Origin: Pseudomonadota bacterium | GTDB taxonomy: Bacteria > Pseudomonadota > Alphaproteobacteria > Sphingomonadales > Sphingomonadaceae | Reading direction: 5' to 3' | DNA length: 64,000 nucleotides | Assembly: GCA_041191345.1 (NCBI GenBank) | Contig: JBEEOY010000114.1 | Location: 2,143 to 66,142, forward strand | In this document: piece after piece, positions 22,736 through 34,438 of the stretch | How the letters are laid out: each line of letters opens with the position of its first letter | Position numbering within the stretch: position 1 is the first letter of the stretch | Program-made: the position numbers and the translations under genes | Notes under the pieces: generated by a model | What the model was told of the DNA's origin: nothing | What the model saw: the letters and a program-made list of their open reading frames with translations, nothing else | The model's database searches: none

Positions 22736-24856
22736 TCAATTATCGACCCGCTCAATTTCCTGACCTGCCTCAGAATTGAAGACCATGGCCTTCACGCCTT
22801 CGCTTGCCAGATCCTTCACCAATTCACGCGCTGCCTTGCTGGATCGCATCGGACCAACAAGCAGGCGATTGGTCTGCAAATAGGGCACTGACCACGGCTT
22901 TTGATCCCCCAGCGCCTTAGGGGCTTGCGATTTCAAATTACGCCACGTGCCCGGCAGGCCCGCTGTATTGCGCCCAGTTGCAATTTGCACCCAAAGCCGG
23001 GCTGGGTTGCGGCGGGCTTTGGCAGCTTCTTCTGCAGCTTTGCGTTCTTGCGCTGCCTTTTCCGCGCGCGCCTTTTCTTCGGCGGCGGCCTTTTTCTGTG
23101 CGGCCAAGCGCAAAGCCTTCAGCTTTGCGGCATCTGGCAACGCAACAGGCGCACTTTCAGGCTCAAGTTGAAGCGTATTCACAATCTCGCCAAGAGTCAG
23201 CCGTGGCGCAGGCGCGGGCGGCTGTTCTGCCATCGGCAGGCTTGGCTGAACTGGGGCCGCCTCTGCCAGCTCAGCTGGCGCTTCCTGTTCCACAAGCGAC
23301 TGAGACGAGGCTGTAGTTTCAGGCATTTGCGCCGCGGGCGTTGAGGCTTGCGCAAGCTGGATCGGGGCAGCCTCAGGTGAAGGTACCGCCGATGCCATGG
23401 ACGCAGTGGCGGGTGACAAGGTGGCCGCAGGCGCTGAACTTTGCGGAGCTGCACTGGAAAATACCGTGCCTGTGGCAACGGCTGGCAACTGCATTTGCGA
23501 TGCCGTCGACGCTGGCAGGATGGCTGACTGAACCGCTGGCGCACTGCTGACACTTGGCGCAGCCATAGTCACTGCGGGTGCCGTTGTAGCAGAGGCCACG
23601 GGCTGCGTAGTGACGGGTGCCGGGGCAGCACGCGCCGCGGGCGGCGCACTTGCAAGCGACGGCGAGCTGGTCAATGTGGACTGCGCCGCGACGACCGGTG
23701 CCTGGGCCCTATCTCCTAGGCCCGAAGCAGAGGCACGGGCGGGTGCGGGCGGCACTTCAAAACGAGCAGCAGGTGCTTGTGCCATGGGCATGGGGGAGCC
23801 CGCGGGGGCAGCTGCTGCAAGGCTCGCTGTACTCGTGCTGGCTTGCTCAGCTGCGGCAAGTGGAGCAGCCATGCCAGACGGAGCGATGCCTGAAGCAGAC
23901 CGGCCCCGCGCGGCAAGCGCCGCCAGTTGCGGATCTCGGCCAGACCGTGCTGCGCGTCGGGCATCAGCAGAGCTGCTTGCGTCACTATTTGCAGGCGAGG
24001 ACCGCCGATCAGTCTCCGCCACGGCCAGCTTTACAGCCGCCCCAGCTTCTAGGGGCTGGAAGCTATCTTCTGTCAGCAGAACGGGGCTGTTGCTATTCAT
24101 CGCTGGCAAGGTGCCAAAATGCACAGCATGGGCTTTTGCCGCGGATCCAAGGCCCGTTAGGCGCTGCATAAAGCCAAGCATTGAGGCCGCAGTGTCAGCT
24201 GGAGCCACCATACGCACAATCCGCTCAGCGCCCGGCGTATCGCCATTCATCGCCAAAATGAACGCACGGGCCCGCCAAGCCCCTTGGTCATTCTTGCGGA
24301 CCAACGGGTCCAGCCGGGCAAGTGCCGCTTCTTTGTCCCCCGCAATACCCAAGGATAATGCAAGGCGGCGTGTCACCTCGTCAGTCGGGCGCAAGCGCAG
24401 GGCTGTCAGATAGTCGCGCTGCGCCTTTTTACCGTCCCCCTCCAGATCATGTGCCAAGCCACGATCCGCCACCACTTCCTGCTCTGGCGCGCCCAAGGCA
24501 AGTGCCTCATCAAACACACGCAAGGCCTCGCGGGATTTTTCCAACATGGTCAGGCTGCTGCCTAGGCCTGTTTTTGCGCGCCAATTTTGAGGCGACAATT
24601 CTTCGGCGCGGGCAAAAAAGCCAAAGGCGGCATTTGCATCGCCAATGGCCAGCGCACCTTGGCCTGCCAGCAGCAAGGCATCCACATTATAGGGATCGCG
24701 CGCCAGGGCCTTTAAATTTTCAGATAGTTGGGCCGCAGGATCGGCCTCGCTTGCCAGGCTTTGCGGCGGAGACACAAGCTGCGCCAGCCCCGGACTTGCG
24801 GAAACCACGCAAAAGGACACCAGACACGCACGCACGAGCGACAGCTTCATCTTCAT
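22736..24856 (-). CDS. secreted TPR-repeat plus SPOR-domain protein with a ~300-aa Ala/Pro/Ser-rich linker
   Basis: 706 aa. Signal peptide MKMKLSLVRACLVSFCVVSASPGLA. N-terminal TPR-like repeats. C-terminal SPOR-like LWVQIATGRNTAGL...LLVGPMRSSKAARELVKDL. Confidence 0.8.
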   Translation of the reverse strand: MKMKLSLVRACLVSFCVVSASPGLAQLVSPPQSLASEADPAAQLSENLKALARDPYNVDALLLAGQGALAIGDANAAFGFFARAEELSPQNWRAKTGLGSSLTMLEKSREALRVFDEALALGAPEQEVVADRGLAHDLEGDGKKAQRDYLTALRLRPTDEVTRRLALSLGIAGDKEAALARLDPLVRKNDQGAWRARAFILAMNGDTPGAERIVRMVAPADTAASMLGFMQRLTGLGSAAKAHAVHFGTLPAMNSNSPVLLTEDSFQPLEAGAAVKLAVAETDRRSSPANSDASSSADARRAARSGRDPQLAALAARGRSASGIAPSGMAAPLAAAEQASTSTASLAAAAPAGSPMPMAQAPAARFEVPPAPARASASGLGDRAQAPVVAAQSTLTSSPSLASAPPAARAAPAPVTTQPVASATTAPAVTMAAPSVSSAPAVQSAILPASTASQMQLPAVATGTVFSSAAPQSSAPAATLSPATASMASAVPSPEAAPIQLAQASTPAAQMPETTASSQSLVEQEAPAELAEAAPVQPSLPMAEQPPAPAPRLTLGEIVNTLQLEPESAPVALPDAAKLKALRLAAQKKAAAEEKARAEKAAQERKAAEEAAKARRNPARLWVQIATGRNTAGLPGTWRNLKSQAPKALGDQKPWSVPYLQTNRLLVGPMRSSKAARELVKDLASEGVKAMVFNSEAGQEIERVDN

Positions 24857-24903
24857 GCCTGTCTATCTAAACCGCTGCCCGCCAGAGACAAGGCCCAAGA
24901 CAG

Positions 24904-24938
24904 TTTAGCGGGCCGGGCCGTTGCCCTTGCCCGCTAAA
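24904..24938 (-). terminator. hairpin downstream of ftsZ (9-bp stem tttagcggg/cccgctaaa), no clear U-tract
   Basis: Inverted repeat read directly, 30 nt after the ftsZ stop. Confidence 0.3.
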
Positions 24939-24967
24939 GCGTCAGCCAGCCAATCGGCAAGGCCCAA

Positions 24968-26482
24968 TTATTGATTATTCTGGCGGTTCAAAAAGCGCGG
25001 AATATCGAGCGGGTCCGATTTTGCAGCGTCGTCTGACTTGGCAGCACCGCGTGCAATGCTGGACATCCGCTCAAACAAGGTGCCCCCCAGCGGGCCAGAA
25101 CGCGGCGCAGGACGATCAGGCTGCTCTTCTTCCGCAGGCGCGTCAGTCATCCAGCTGGGGCGGGGTGCTTCTGCCGATGCATCAGCTGCCGGCAAAGGGT
25201 TGGGGACGGGCGGCTCAGCCAAACTTTCATTCCCCAAAATAAGCTCATCCTCGGCAGACGGCGGCGTCAACACCAGTTCCTCTTCCTGCGCAGCTTCTGG
25301 TGCAGTTTCTGTCAGGTCAAAGGGTGCATCCGCACTTTCACTGGCAGGTTCCTCTGCCAGTGGTTCGGCAACAACAGGCGCAGCCAGAGTGACGGGCGCA
25401 GGCGCAGCCGCAGCGGCCATAGGGGCCGCAGGCTGAGGTTCAGCCTTTGGCTCTTCAGGCTTGCGCATTGGGGATGAGAAGAATTGCGGGGCGCGCGGCT
25501 CAGGGGCTGTGGCAGCTGACGCCTCAATGCCCGTGGCCACCACCGACACGCGGATCTTGCCATTCAGGCTATCGTTAAAGGCCGAACCCCAGATGATATT
25601 GGCATCAGGATCAACGAGCTCTTTAATATGCGAGGCCGCTTCATCAACTTCCATCAGGCGCATATCTTCACCGCCGGTGATGGAGACGATCACGCCCTTG
25701 GCGCCCTTCATCGACACGCCGTCGAGCAGCGGGTTCGCAATGGCCTTTTCAGCGGCTTCAATGGCGCGGTTATCGCCTTCGGCTTCGCCCGTGCCCATCA
25801 TCGCCTTGCCCATTTCGCTCATCACTGTGCGAACATCCGCAAAGTCGAGGTTAATGAGACCGGGCATGACCATCAGATCAGTAATGCCACGCACGCCTTG
25901 CTGCAGAACTTCGTCTGCCATGGCGAAGGCTTCCTTGAAGGTCGTTGACGGATTGGCAATCAGGAACAAATTCTGGTTGGGAATAACAATCAGCGTATCA
26001 ACATGCTTTTGCAGCTCGGCAATGCCGGCTTCGGCGGATTTCATCCGGCGGCTGCCTTCAAAGCTGAACGGCTTGGTGACAACGCCCACTGTCAGAATAC
26101 CACGATCACGCGCCGCCTTCGCAATGACTGGCGCCGCGCCGGTGCCCGTGCCGCCGCCCATGCCAGCGGCGATAAAGCACATGTGCGAGCCTTCTAGCGC
26201 GCGTTCAATTTGGTCAATGGCTTCATCAGCGGCTGCGCGACCAATTTCGGGACGAGAGCCAGCACCAAGGCCCTGCGTGATTTTCAGGCCCAGCTGGATA
26301 CGGCGCTCAGCCGGGCTGCTGTTCAGCGCCTGCGCATCCGTATTCGCGACAATGAAATCAACGCCCTGAACTTGGTTGGCGATCATATTGGCAACGGCAT
26401 TGCCGCCTGCGCCGCCACAGCCGATCACGCTAATGCGCGGTTTCAGCTCTTCCACTTCCGGTGCGATGAATTCGATCGTCAT
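24968..26482 (-). CDS. ftsZ: cell division protein FtsZ (long C-terminal linker)
   Basis: 504 aa. Tubulin signature [11 protein letters not shown]. Conserved C-terminal peptide DIPRFLNRQ. Confidence 0.98.
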   Translation of the reverse strand: MTIEFIAPEVEELKPRISVIGCGGAGGNAVANMIANQVQGVDFIVANTDAQALNSSPAERRIQLGLKITQGLGAGSRPEIGRAAADEAIDQIERALEGSHMCFIAAGMGGGTGTGAAPVIAKAARDRGILTVGVVTKPFSFEGSRRMKSAEAGIAELQKHVDTLIVIPNQNLFLIANPSTTFKEAFAMADEVLQQGVRGITDLMVMPGLINLDFADVRTVMSEMGKAMMGTGEAEGDNRAIEAAEKAIANPLLDGVSMKGAKGVIVSITGGEDMRLMEVDEAASHIKELVDPDANIIWGSAFNDSLNGKIRVSVVATGIEASAATAPEPRAPQFFSSPMRKPEEPKAEPQPAAPMAAAAAPAPVTLAAPVVAEPLAEEPASESADAPFDLTETAPEAAQEEELVLTPPSAEDELILGNESLAEPPVPNPLPAADASAEAPRPSWMTDAPAEEEQPDRPAPRSGPLGGTLFERMSSIARGAAKSDDAAKSDPLDIPRFLNRQNNQ

Positions 26483-26630
26483 TCCTATTCCCCTAGCCTG
26501 TCCAAGGAAGCTGCCCTCCCCGAACTCTGGTGCACAAAACCCGCCAACACCCTCCCCAGTTGCAGACGGAGCTGGCCGTAAAAACCCGAATCAAAAACCC
26601 AATATCATGGGCCCGGCGCACGGATCAGCA

Positions 26631-27890
26631 TCAAAATGCTGTTTTGATTGCTGAAATCAGCTTTTCAAGCAGCCCTTGATGATCGGAGCGAATTACCTGT
26701 TGATGATGTGGTTTAATGACCCGAACATCAATGGGGTCAGAAGCCGCATAATATACCAAACCGGCCAAAGTGGCGAAGCCGGGCCCGCTATGTGCATCGG
26801 GCAGGCCAATTAGCCCGCGGGGACGGCCAACACGCACGGCGCGGCCCAGAACGCCTTGCACATAATCCGCCATACCTTTCAGCTCAGCGCCGCCGCCCGT
26901 CAGCACCACTTGGCGGCCAACGGGGCCCGTAAAGCCAAGCTCTTTCAATGCGGCATTAATTTCACCCACCAGATGCTCAAGCCGCTGGCGGATGACAGCA
27001 ATCAACTGCGCCCGGGTAATGCGGTGGCTTTCGCCCTCATCTTCTGAAGACATGGGGGCGATTTCAATCATATCATGATTGTCGCGGGGGCTGGCAGTGG
27101 CAGAGCCGTAAAAGCATTTCATGCGCTCGGCCTGATTCCGCCGCGCACCAAAGGCTGAGGCAATATCATCCGTGATATCGGCAGCCCCAAAGGGAATTGA
27201 CGTTAGGCCCACGAGCATGCCGCCGGCAAACAGCGAGACATTGGTCACACCGCCACCAATTTCCACAAGAGCCACGCCCAGCTCCCGCTCTTCTTCTGAC
27301 AAGACGGCAAGGCCTGTGGCAACGGGCGAGGCAATAATCGACTCAACGCCCAAATGCGCACTGCGCACGCACAAATCGATATTGCGTATGGGCGACTGAT
27401 CAGCACACACAACGTGAATATCAACCCCCAGCTTATCAGCGTGCAGACCTAAGGGGCGCTTCACGCCCTGCAAGCCATCCAGCGTGTAGAGCGTGGGCTG
27501 GGCGTGCAGGATCATCCGACCATCCGGATCCAGCGAGTTGCGGCCTGCTGCCAGCAGTTCATCAATATCTTCTTGCTCGATACGATGCCCGCCCAGCTCC
27601 ACTTCAACTGAGGCAATGTTGCTCACCAAGCCGCCCGCTGAAAACCCAACCCAAACATTATCAATGCTGAGGCCCGCAATCCGCTCTGCCTGCTCCACAG
27701 CTTCGCGAATGGCGCGTTCGGTTGCATCCATGTCGGCAATATAGCCACGGCGCACGCCCCGGCTTTCGCGCTGGCCTGTGCCCAGCACCTGAATATCCCC
27801 ACCTTCGCCAATTTCGGCAATCAGTGCCGAGACTTTCCACGACCCAATATCAAGGGCAGTGATGAGGCGAGATGGTTTGGCGACGGCCAT
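26631..27890 (-). CDS. ftsA: cell division protein FtsA
   Basis: Actin-like ALDIGSWKVSALIAEI. True start ATG 27890 (MAVAKPSRL), just downstream of the ftsQ stop at 27904. The ORF-track start at 28229 lies inside ftsQ. Confidence 0.95.
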   Translation of the reverse strand: MAVAKPSRLITALDIGSWKVSALIAEIGEGGDIQVLGTGQRESRGVRRGYIADMDATERAIREAVEQAERIAGLSIDNVWVGFSAGGLVSNIASVEVELGGHRIEQEDIDELLAAGRNSLDPDGRMILHAQPTLYTLDGLQGVKRPLGLHADKLGVDIHVVCADQSPIRNIDLCVRSAHLGVESIIASPVATGLAVLSEEERELGVALVEIGGGVTNVSLFAGGMLVGLTSIPFGAADITDDIASAFGARRNQAERMKCFYGSATASPRDNHDMIEIAPMSSEDEGESHRITRAQLIAVIRQRLEHLVGEINAALKELGFTGPVGRQVVLTGGGAELKGMADYVQGVLGRAVRVGRPRGLIGLPDAHSGPGFATLAGLVYYAASDPIDVRVIKPHHQQVIRSDHQGLLEKLISAIKTAF

Positions 27891-27903
27891 GAATGCGTTT
27901 TCC

Positions 27904-28881
27904 TTATTGGTCTGCAGCGGGGGAGGATGTGGCGGCGGCGGGCGCCGAGGCAGCGGGCGGCGTTGCACCATCAGGCGCGACCGTTTCTGCGCCGGGCGCG
28001 GGCGTTGGTGTGTCAGTGACTGGACGGCGCAGGCGAACCACAAACTTCGTTGGATCGCGCATGTCAAAGCGCACAAAGCCCCGGCCCAGCAATTTCTGAT
28101 TGCCCTCAATCCGCGCAAAATTCTTAAGCGCGTTGGCAGCCAGATCTTCACCTTCTGGCAAAGCAAGGACTTCACCGGATTCAAAGCGAATGTCCCAACG
28201 GCGGTTGCCGACCCATGTGGCGCCAGCAAAATTAGGCTTAAGCGTGGGGGACATATTCAACAAACGGAACAGCCCAGCGACACGCTGATTGGCATTGGGG
28301 CCAATAACAAGTGGCAGATCAGGAATGGCGCGCGGATCAACCATTTCCAGAATAACGCCACTGCCATCAATCAACACCAAGCGCTGATTATTCTGCCAGA
28401 CCGCGGCGGGTTTCCGCTCAAGAATGTCGACAACCAGCGTATCGGGCCAGCGCCGCGAAATGCGGGCATCGCCAATCCAGCCATATTGCAACAACTCACC
28501 CCGGACTTTTTCCAAATCAACAAGCGGCATCGCAATAGATTGCTGGTCGAGCGCAACCGCATAGACAGTCAGTGAATCCATGCGGTTCAGGCCCTTCACA
28601 TCGACACGCTTGACCTTAAAGCCCGCGCGCCCTGCCATCTGGCCCATTTCTGTGCCAACCGCTTGGGGAATGCCGGCATAAATGGCTGCCGCCAATACCG
28701 ACCCGGCAATCACGAAAATGGTGAGGACAGTCAGCGCCTTTTCAATCGTCTCCACCTTGAAGGGAACGATTTTCCAGAACAGGTCATTTGCCTGCTGCCA
28801 AATTGAGGGCGTGGAGCGTGCAGCCCCGCGCGTCACGGGGCGCTTTTGCGGCGCACGGGACGGGCGAGGACCAGCTGTCAC
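27904..28881 (-). CDS. ftsQ: cell division protein FtsQ
   Basis: 325 aa. TM helix, POTRA FKVKRVDVKGLNRM, Pro/Ala-rich C-tail. GTGA overlap with the ddl stop. Confidence 0.9.
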   Translation of the reverse strand: MTAGPRPSRAPQKRPVTRGAARSTPSIWQQANDLFWKIVPFKVETIEKALTVLTIFVIAGSVLAAAIYAGIPQAVGTEMGQMAGRAGFKVKRVDVKGLNRMDSLTVYAVALDQQSIAMPLVDLEKVRGELLQYGWIGDARISRRWPDTLVVDILERKPAAVWQNNQRLVLIDGSGVILEMVDPRAIPDLPLVIGPNANQRVAGLFRLLNMSPTLKPNFAGATWVGNRRWDIRFESGEVLALPEGEDLAANALKNFARIEGNQKLLGRGFVRFDMRDPTKFVVRLRRPVTDTPTPAPGAETVAPDGATPPAASAPAAATSSPAADQ

Positions 28882-29801
28882 GCCAGCGCCTCCTTGACCA
28901 AAATGTCGACCAGCTCTTCATAAGAAATGCCACAATGCCGGGCCTGTTCTGGCACCAGACTTAAGGGCGTCATTCCGGGCTGGGTGTTCACTTCCAAAAG
29001 AAAGACACCCTCCAGACCCAGCTGGTCATCCCAGCGGAAGTCAGATCGCGATGCGCCTTTGCAGCCCAGCACGCGGTGTGCCTGCAAGGCCCACCCCATC
29101 ATGGCCTCAGCGACATCATCAGGGATGCGGGCGGGGCAGACATGCTCGGTCATGCCATCAGTATATTTGGCATCAAAATCATAAAAGCCGGACTTGGGCT
29201 GCAACTCAGTCACGCACAAGGCGCGATCACCCAGCACAGCGACAGTCAATTCGCGGCCACGAATGAAGGGCTCTGCCAGCAACTCGGCAAATTGCTGCCA
29301 CGGCCCTTCGGCATCGCGGCGGATGGGGTTGCCATAATTGCTCGTATCCGTGACGATCGCCACGCCAACAGATGAGCCTTCATTAACAGGCTTTAGCACA
29401 TAGGGGCGGGGCAGCGGATCGGCATGATACAGCGCCTCGCTTTCAACCACCATGCCGCCCGGCATGGGAATACCATGGGGGACGAGCGCCGATTTGGTCA
29501 GCTGCTTGTCAATGGCAATGACAGAGGTGGTGAGGCCCGAATGCGTATATTTGATACCCATCAGGTCCATCATGCCCTGAACCGTGCCATCTTCGCCCGG
29601 CGAGCCGTGCAGCGCGTTAAAGACAACATCGGGCTTGGCCTCAGCCAAGCGCGCGGCGACTGTGCGGTCCATATCAATCCGCGTGACGCGATAGCCCAGC
29701 CGCTCAAGCGCATCGGCAACGCCATTGCCTGTCACAAGCGACACGGGCCGCTCTGAGGACCATCCCCCCATTAGGACGGCCACATGGATAGGCGCGCTCA
29801 T
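28878..29801 (-). CDS. ddl: D-alanine--D-alanine ligase
   Basis: ATP-grasp protein with N-terminus [25 protein letters not shown] 29801 forms an ATGA overlap with the murB stop. Confidence 0.95.
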   Translation of the reverse strand: MSAPIHVAVLMGGWSSERPVSLVTGNGVADALERLGYRVTRIDMDRTVAARLAEAKPDVVFNALHGSPGEDGTVQGMMDLMGIKYTHSGLTTSVIAIDKQLTKSALVPHGIPMPGGMVVESEALYHADPLPRPYVLKPVNEGSSVGVAIVTDTSNYGNPIRRDAEGPWQQFAELLAEPFIRGRELTVAVLGDRALCVTELQPKSGFYDFDAKYTDGMTEHVCPARIPDDVAEAMMGWALQAHRVLGCKGASRSDFRWDDQLGLEGVFLLEVNTQPGMTPLSLVPEQARHCGISYEELVDILVKEALA

Positions 29802-30697
29802 GCTTGTTTTCCTACTCGTTGAATTTCCCATTCAAGCATAATGCCTGATTTTTCCTGCACGCGCCGGCGGACGTCTTCGCCCAGAGCCTCAATATCGGCA
29901 CTGGTCGCCTCCCCCAGATTGAGCAGGAAATTCGTATGTTTTTCGGATACTTGGGCACCGCCCAGCGTCAAGCCCCGGCAGCCCGCTTCGTCCACCAATT
30001 GCCACGCCTTATGGCCATTTGGGTTTTTGAAGGTGGATCCACCCGTTTTACTGCGCAGCGGCTGGCTCGCTTCGCGCGAGGCCGAAATACGGTCCATTTC
30101 CGCCTGAATATCTTCTGGCACACCGGGCCGCCCCTTAAAGCGCGCGCCCACCACAACAGCCCCATCAGGCAATTCAGAATGGCGGTAGGTATAGTGCAAA
30201 TCAGCAACGGGCAGCGTCACCAGCCGACCGTCGCGCAGGACAACATCGCAATCGACCAGAATGTCCTTCACTTCACCGCCATAGGCCCCGCCATTCATGC
30301 GGACAAAGCCGCCAACTGTGCCGGGGATGGAGCGGAGAAATTCTAGCCCGGCAATCGCTTTGTCACGCGCGGTGGACGACACAAGGATGCCACTGGCCCC
30401 AGCCCCGCAATCAAGCGTCAGATCATCAACAGAGGTCACCTGCGCAAAGGCCTTGCCCAACCGCACGACCACACCGGGCACGCCGCCATCGCGAACAATC
30501 AGGTTGGATCCCAAGCCCAGCGCCATCACAGGAATAGTCGGGTCGAGCGCGGCTAGAAAGGCGCACAGATCATCGCGATCGGCGGGCTCAAACAGCCAAT
30601 CAGCTGGGCCGCCTGATTTAAACCAGACGAGCGGCGCAAGCGGTGCCTGCGCCGTCAAACGGCCTTTGACAGCGGGAAGAGACGCCGCGTCGATCAA
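29798..30697 (-). CDS. murB: UDP-N-acetylenolpyruvoylglucosamine reductase
   Basis: [33 protein letters not shown]. The start is uncertain. TTG 30697 gives a TTGA overlap with the murC stop; the ORF-track ATGs at 30739 and 30766 lie inside murC. Confidence 0.9.
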   Translation of the reverse strand: MIDAASLPAVKGRLTAQAPLAPLVWFKSGGPADWLFEPADRDDLCAFLAALDPTIPVMALGLGSNLIVRDGGVPGVVVRLGKAFAQVTSVDDLTLDCGAGASGILVSSTARDKAIAGLEFLRSIPGTVGGFVRMNGGAYGGEVKDILVDCDVVLRDGRLVTLPVADLHYTYRHSELPDGAVVVGARFKGRPGVPEDIQAEMDRISASREASQPLRSKTGGSTFKNPNGHKAWQLVDEAGCRGLTLGGAQVSEKHTNFLLNLGEATSADIEALGEDVRRRVQEKSGIMLEWEIQRVGKQA

Positions 30698-32100
30698 GCC
30701 CGCGCCTCCTTGATTGCATCGGCCAGGCCCGCCGCCCATTTGGTAATGTCGCCCGCGCCGAGGCACACAACCATATCATCCGGACGGGCATTTTCAGCCA
30801 GCGCCTGCGCCAGAGCTGCCGCATCCGCCACTTCGGCGGCCGCGCGATGACCACGCTCTTTCAAATTGGCAACCAAAGATGCGGCACTCACCCCATCCAT
30901 TGGCGCTTCGCCTGCGGCAAACACTGGCGTGACGTACACAAGATCCGCATCGTTAAAGCAGGAGGCGAATTCTTCCATCAAATTGCCCAAGCGTGAATAG
31001 CGATGCGGCTGACATATGGCGATCACCCGGCCTTTTGCACCTTCGCGTGCGGCGGCCAGCACAGCCCGAATTTCAACGGGATGGTGGCCATAATCATCAA
31101 TGATAGTGATGCCATCCACCTCGCCCACGCGGGTAAAGCGGCGTTTAACGCCGCCAAATTTGGCAAAGCCACGCTGAATATCTGCGTCCGACATGCCCAT
31201 TTCCAAGGCGACGGCAATGGCCGATAAGGCGTTTTGAACATTGTGGCGGCCCGGCATTGGCAATTCGATATCGGCAATTGTCCGGCTTGAGCCATCGCGT
31301 GACCGCACGACCACGTCAAAGCGATTGCCCCCGGGAATGGGCGTCACATTTTCCCCCCGCACATCAGCTTGGGCGGAAAAGCCATAGGTCATAATCCGCC
31401 GGTCGCGAATGCGAGGGATGATGGCTTGGACTTCGGGATGATCAAGGCAGAGAATGGCAAGGCCATAAAAAGGCACATTCTCAATAAATTCGACAAAAGC
31501 CTTCTTAACTGCGTCGAACGATCCGTAATGATCGAGATGTTCCGGGTCGATATTGGTGACAACGGCAATTGTCCCATCAAGCCGCAGAAAAGAACCATCG
31601 CTCTCATCCGCTTCGACGACCATCCAATCACTATCGCCCAGCCGCGCGTTAGAGCCATAGCTGTTGATAATGCCACCATTAATGACTGTGGGGTCAATCC
31701 CGCCGGCATCCAGCATAGCGGCAATCATTGAAGTGGTAGTGGTTTTGCCATGTGTGCCAGCGACAGCCACAGTGGACTTCAACCGCATCAATTCAGCCAA
31801 CATTTCTGCGCGGCGGACAATGGGAATGCGCTTGTCGAGTGCTGCTTCCACTTCTGGATTGCCGCGCTGCACGGCCGTGGACGTCACAACAACAGCGGCA
31901 TCGCCCAGATTTTCAGCCGCATGGCCAATCATCACCTTAATGCCCTTGGCCCGCAGACCTTCCACCACATAGCTTTCGGCAATATCGGTGCCCTGCACCT
32001 GATAGCCCAAATTGTGCATCACCTCGGCAATGCCCGACATGCCAATGCCGCCAATGCCAATGAAATGAATGGTCCCGATACTCGTGGGAACTGCTTTCAT
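30694..32100 (-). CDS. murC: UDP-N-acetylmuramate--L-alanine ligase
   Basis: 468 aa. [25 protein letters not shown]. Confidence 0.97.
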   Translation of the reverse strand: MKAVPTSIGTIHFIGIGGIGMSGIAEVMHNLGYQVQGTDIAESYVVEGLRAKGIKVMIGHAAENLGDAAVVVTSTAVQRGNPEVEAALDKRIPIVRRAEMLAELMRLKSTVAVAGTHGKTTTTSMIAAMLDAGGIDPTVINGGIINSYGSNARLGDSDWMVVEADESDGSFLRLDGTIAVVTNIDPEHLDHYGSFDAVKKAFVEFIENVPFYGLAILCLDHPEVQAIIPRIRDRRIMTYGFSAQADVRGENVTPIPGGNRFDVVVRSRDGSSRTIADIELPMPGRHNVQNALSAIAVALEMGMSDADIQRGFAKFGGVKRRFTRVGEVDGITIIDDYGHHPVEIRAVLAAAREGAKGRVIAICQPHRYSRLGNLMEEFASCFNDADLVYVTPVFAAGEAPMDGVSAASLVANLKERGHRAAAEVADAAALAQALAENARPDDMVVCLGAGDITKWAAGLADAIKEARA

Positions 32101-33248
32101 GCCCCTGCCCCTGCAAGCTTGAATTCTTGTGCAACGCCCACGGCCTGCGGTGCGGCAGGCCTATCCAGCCCCTCAACCAAATCTGCCAAATCGCGCGTGG
32201 CATGGGGGCGGCCCACACTGCGGGCGCGGCTGGCAGCATTAATCAGGCCTTCAGTGTCCAATCCCAGCTTTTGCATCTGCTTGGAGAGCTCTGTTGCCGT
32301 AAACCGCACTTGCGGAATGGATCTGGCACCGCCAGCTTCCACCATATCGCGCACATTGGCAGTCTGGTGATCGTCCGTTGCGCTGGGCAGCGGCACCAAG
32401 ATTGCCGGGCGGCCCGCGCATGTCAGCTCTGAAATGGTCGAGGCACCAGCCCGGGCAATGACCAAATGGGCCCAAGCCAGCCGCTCGGGCACATCATTGA
32501 GATACGTGGCCAGGTCTGCCGCTATGCCAAGCTCGGCATAGCGGGCGCGAACACGCTCAATATCTTCGGCCCGGCACTGCTGCGTCACTTGCAACCGGCG
32601 GCGAAGCGCCACGGGCAATAGGGAGAGGCCATCGGGCACCACGTCCGACAATATAGTTGCCCCCTGGCTGCCGCCAATAACCAGAACGCGAAAGACGCCA
32701 TCTTCCAAAAAGGGCGGAAAAGGACGGTCCCGTAAAGCTACAATTTCATCGCGCACGGGGTTGCCGACCATCCAGGTCTTGCCCAGATGCTTGGGCGACA
32801 GCCGTTCTATTTTGGAGTAGGAAACGGCAATCGCGTCCACGCGGTTGGCCATCAACCGGTTCACGCGGCCCAGCACGGCATTTTGTTCGTGCACTGCCGT
32901 TTTGATGCGCGCGGATTTTGCAGCCAATAAGGCTGGAAAGGCGGGATAGCCGCCGAATCCAATGACGGCCGCTGGCTTGAACGTTTCAAACAAGCGCAGT
33001 GCCATTGCGCGGCCCGCCAGGATCGCTTTCAAGCCGGGCAGCCAGCTCATCGGGTTTTTGGTGATCCGCCCAGCGGGCAAGATATGCGTCTGCACACCTT
33101 CAAACAAACCGGGGATTTTGGCCCCCCGCTCATCTGTAATCAGCGCGACATGATGGCCCCGCCGCGTCAGCTCTGCCGCTAACGCATGGGCAGGCATCAT
33201 ATGCCCCCCGGTTCCTCCAGCTGCGAGAACGAAATGACGCCCGCTCAT
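32097..33248 (-). CDS. murG: undecaprenyldiphospho-muramoylpentapeptide beta-N-acetylglucosaminyltransferase
   Basis: [18 protein letters not shown] 33248 forms an ATGA overlap with the ftsW stop; the ORF-track start at 33335 lies inside ftsW. Confidence 0.95.
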   Translation of the reverse strand: MSGRHFVLAAGGTGGHMMPAHALAAELTRRGHHVALITDERGAKIPGLFEGVQTHILPAGRITKNPMSWLPGLKAILAGRAMALRLFETFKPAAVIGFGGYPAFPALLAAKSARIKTAVHEQNAVLGRVNRLMANRVDAIAVSYSKIERLSPKHLGKTWMVGNPVRDEIVALRDRPFPPFLEDGVFRVLVIGGSQGATILSDVVPDGLSLLPVALRRRLQVTQQCRAEDIERVRARYAELGIAADLATYLNDVPERLAWAHLVIARAGASTISELTCAGRPAILVPLPSATDDHQTANVRDMVEAGGARSIPQVRFTATELSKQMQKLGLDTEGLINAASRARSVGRPHATRDLADLVEGLDRPAAPQAVGVAQEFKLAGAGA

Positions 33249-34438
33249 CGGCCACTCCACTTTACGACATAGGGTGAACGCGTGAGATAGGGGTTCTTGC
33301 GCGTAAAGGCGAGCAGCAAGCCAAAGCCAATACACAAAGCCAGCAAGGATGAGCCGCCATAGCTAATGAACGGCAAAGTCATGCCCTTGGAAGGGGCCAC
33401 GCCAGTGTTGACGGCCATGTTGACCATGGCCTGTGCGGTAAACTGCGTAATGAGCCCGGCAGATGCCAAAACCAAAAACGGGTCTTCCTCATCCAGCAGC
33501 TTTACAAATACGCGGATCGCCATGAGCAAAAAGGCAATGGCAATCCCAAGACACGCAATGAGGCCAAATTCTTCGCCAATGACGGAAAAAATATAGTCTG
33601 TATGCGCTTCGGGGAGACGGAACTTCATTTCGCCGCCGCCCGGGCCCGTTCCAAAAAGCCCGCCGGCTGTGATTGTCGCATGGGCGCTATCCGTCTGGTA
33701 CGTGTCCCCGCTCTGGAACAGGAAGTTGTTAATGCGTTGGGTGGCAACGGGATAAAAGAAATAGGCGGATGTCACGCCAACGGCACCCCCGCCAGCCAGC
33801 AGACCAATCCACCGCCATGACAAGCCTGTTACCATGACCATGGCGAACCAAATAGAACCAAAGATGATCGTCTGGCCAAAGTCAGGCTGCAGCATCAAAA
33901 GAGCCGCGACCACCCCCGTGATAAGACCCGATAGCGGGATAACTGGCAGACTTTCATCCTGCGACCGCAGCGACAACAGCCAAGCAATCGCAATAACAAA
34001 AAAGGGCTTTAGAAATTCAGAGGGTTGGAATTGGCCAATACCCACATCAATCCAGCGTTTGGCGCCATTGGCTTCAAAGCCAAGCAGCGGCACAAGGGCA
34101 AGGCACAGGAAGAAAAAGCCCGCCCCTATCAGCCCCAGCCGTCGGGCCATTTGATGGGGCAGCATGGAGATGCCAATCATGACGGGCAGCCCAACGCCAA
34201 CCCACATTAATTGCCGCCAAAAATAATGGAGCGGTGCCAATTGGAAGCTGGCATCGGAATAGCGGTGCGCCGAGGCAGGCGAGGCTGCAGCAACGGCAAT
34301 CAGGCCCACCGAAATCAGCACGAGCACCAGCAGCAGCAACATCCGGTCAATTTCCCAAAACCAAATGCCAACGGCTGATTGGTCAGACCGGCCAAGTCGA
34401 GGAGCGCGTGTGCGGGACGCCGCCGAATTGCTTGTCAT
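33245..34438 (-). CDS. ftsW: SEDS-family peptidoglycan glycosyltransferase FtsW
   Basis: 397 aa polytopic membrane protein. PEAHTDYIFSVIGEE. ATGA overlap with the murD stop. Confidence 0.93.
   Translation of the reverse strand: MTSNSAASRTRAPRLGRSDQSAVGIWFWEIDRMLLLLVLVLISVGLIAVAAASPASAHRYSDASFQLAPLHYFWRQLMWVGVGLPVMIGISMLPHQMARRLGLIGAGFFFLCLALVPLLGFEANGAKRWIDVGIGQFQPSEFLKPFFVIAIAWLLSLRSQDESLPVIPLSGLITGVVAALLMLQPDFGQTIIFGSIWFAMVMVTGLSWRWIGLLAGGGAVGVTSAYFFYPVATQRINNFLFQSGDTYQTDSAHATITAGGLFGTGPGGGEMKFRLPEAHTDYIFSVIGEEFGLIACLGIAIAFLLMAIRVFVKLLDEEDPFLVLASAGLITQFTAQAMVNMAVNTGVAPSKGMTLPFISYGGSSLLALCIGFGLLLAFTRKNPYLTRSPYVVKWSGR

Noticed and set aside
23200-24000. Repetitive-looking GC-rich DNA in the middle of the SPOR gene, considered as a possible tandem repeat or CRISPR-like array.
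   Set aside because: It has no regular repeat-spacer periodicity. It is in frame and encodes an Ala/Pro/Ser-rich linker, so it is coding low complexity.
23610-26369. Long antisense ORFs inside the SPOR gene (23610..24413, 23617..24171) and inside ftsZ (25461..26369, 302 aa). The 57296..58360 ORF (354 aa) across exbB/tonB is a similar case.
   Set aside because: Each lies opposite a confidently identified gene, has low-complexity Ala/Arg/Ser composition, and lacks an RBS or motifs. These open antisense frames are expected at this GC content.
26631-28229. N-terminally extended ORF-track versions of ftsA (532 aa) and, similarly, of murG, murD, murB, ddl, the CysK-like gene, phaZ, tonB, the ABC transporter, folB, the Nudix gene, cca and the AmgK-like gene.
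   Set aside because: The extensions overlap the upstream gene or AT-rich non-coding DNA and have odd composition (Cys/Trp/Arg-rich). Internal starts give family-typical N-termini and canonical ATGA/GTGA coupling.
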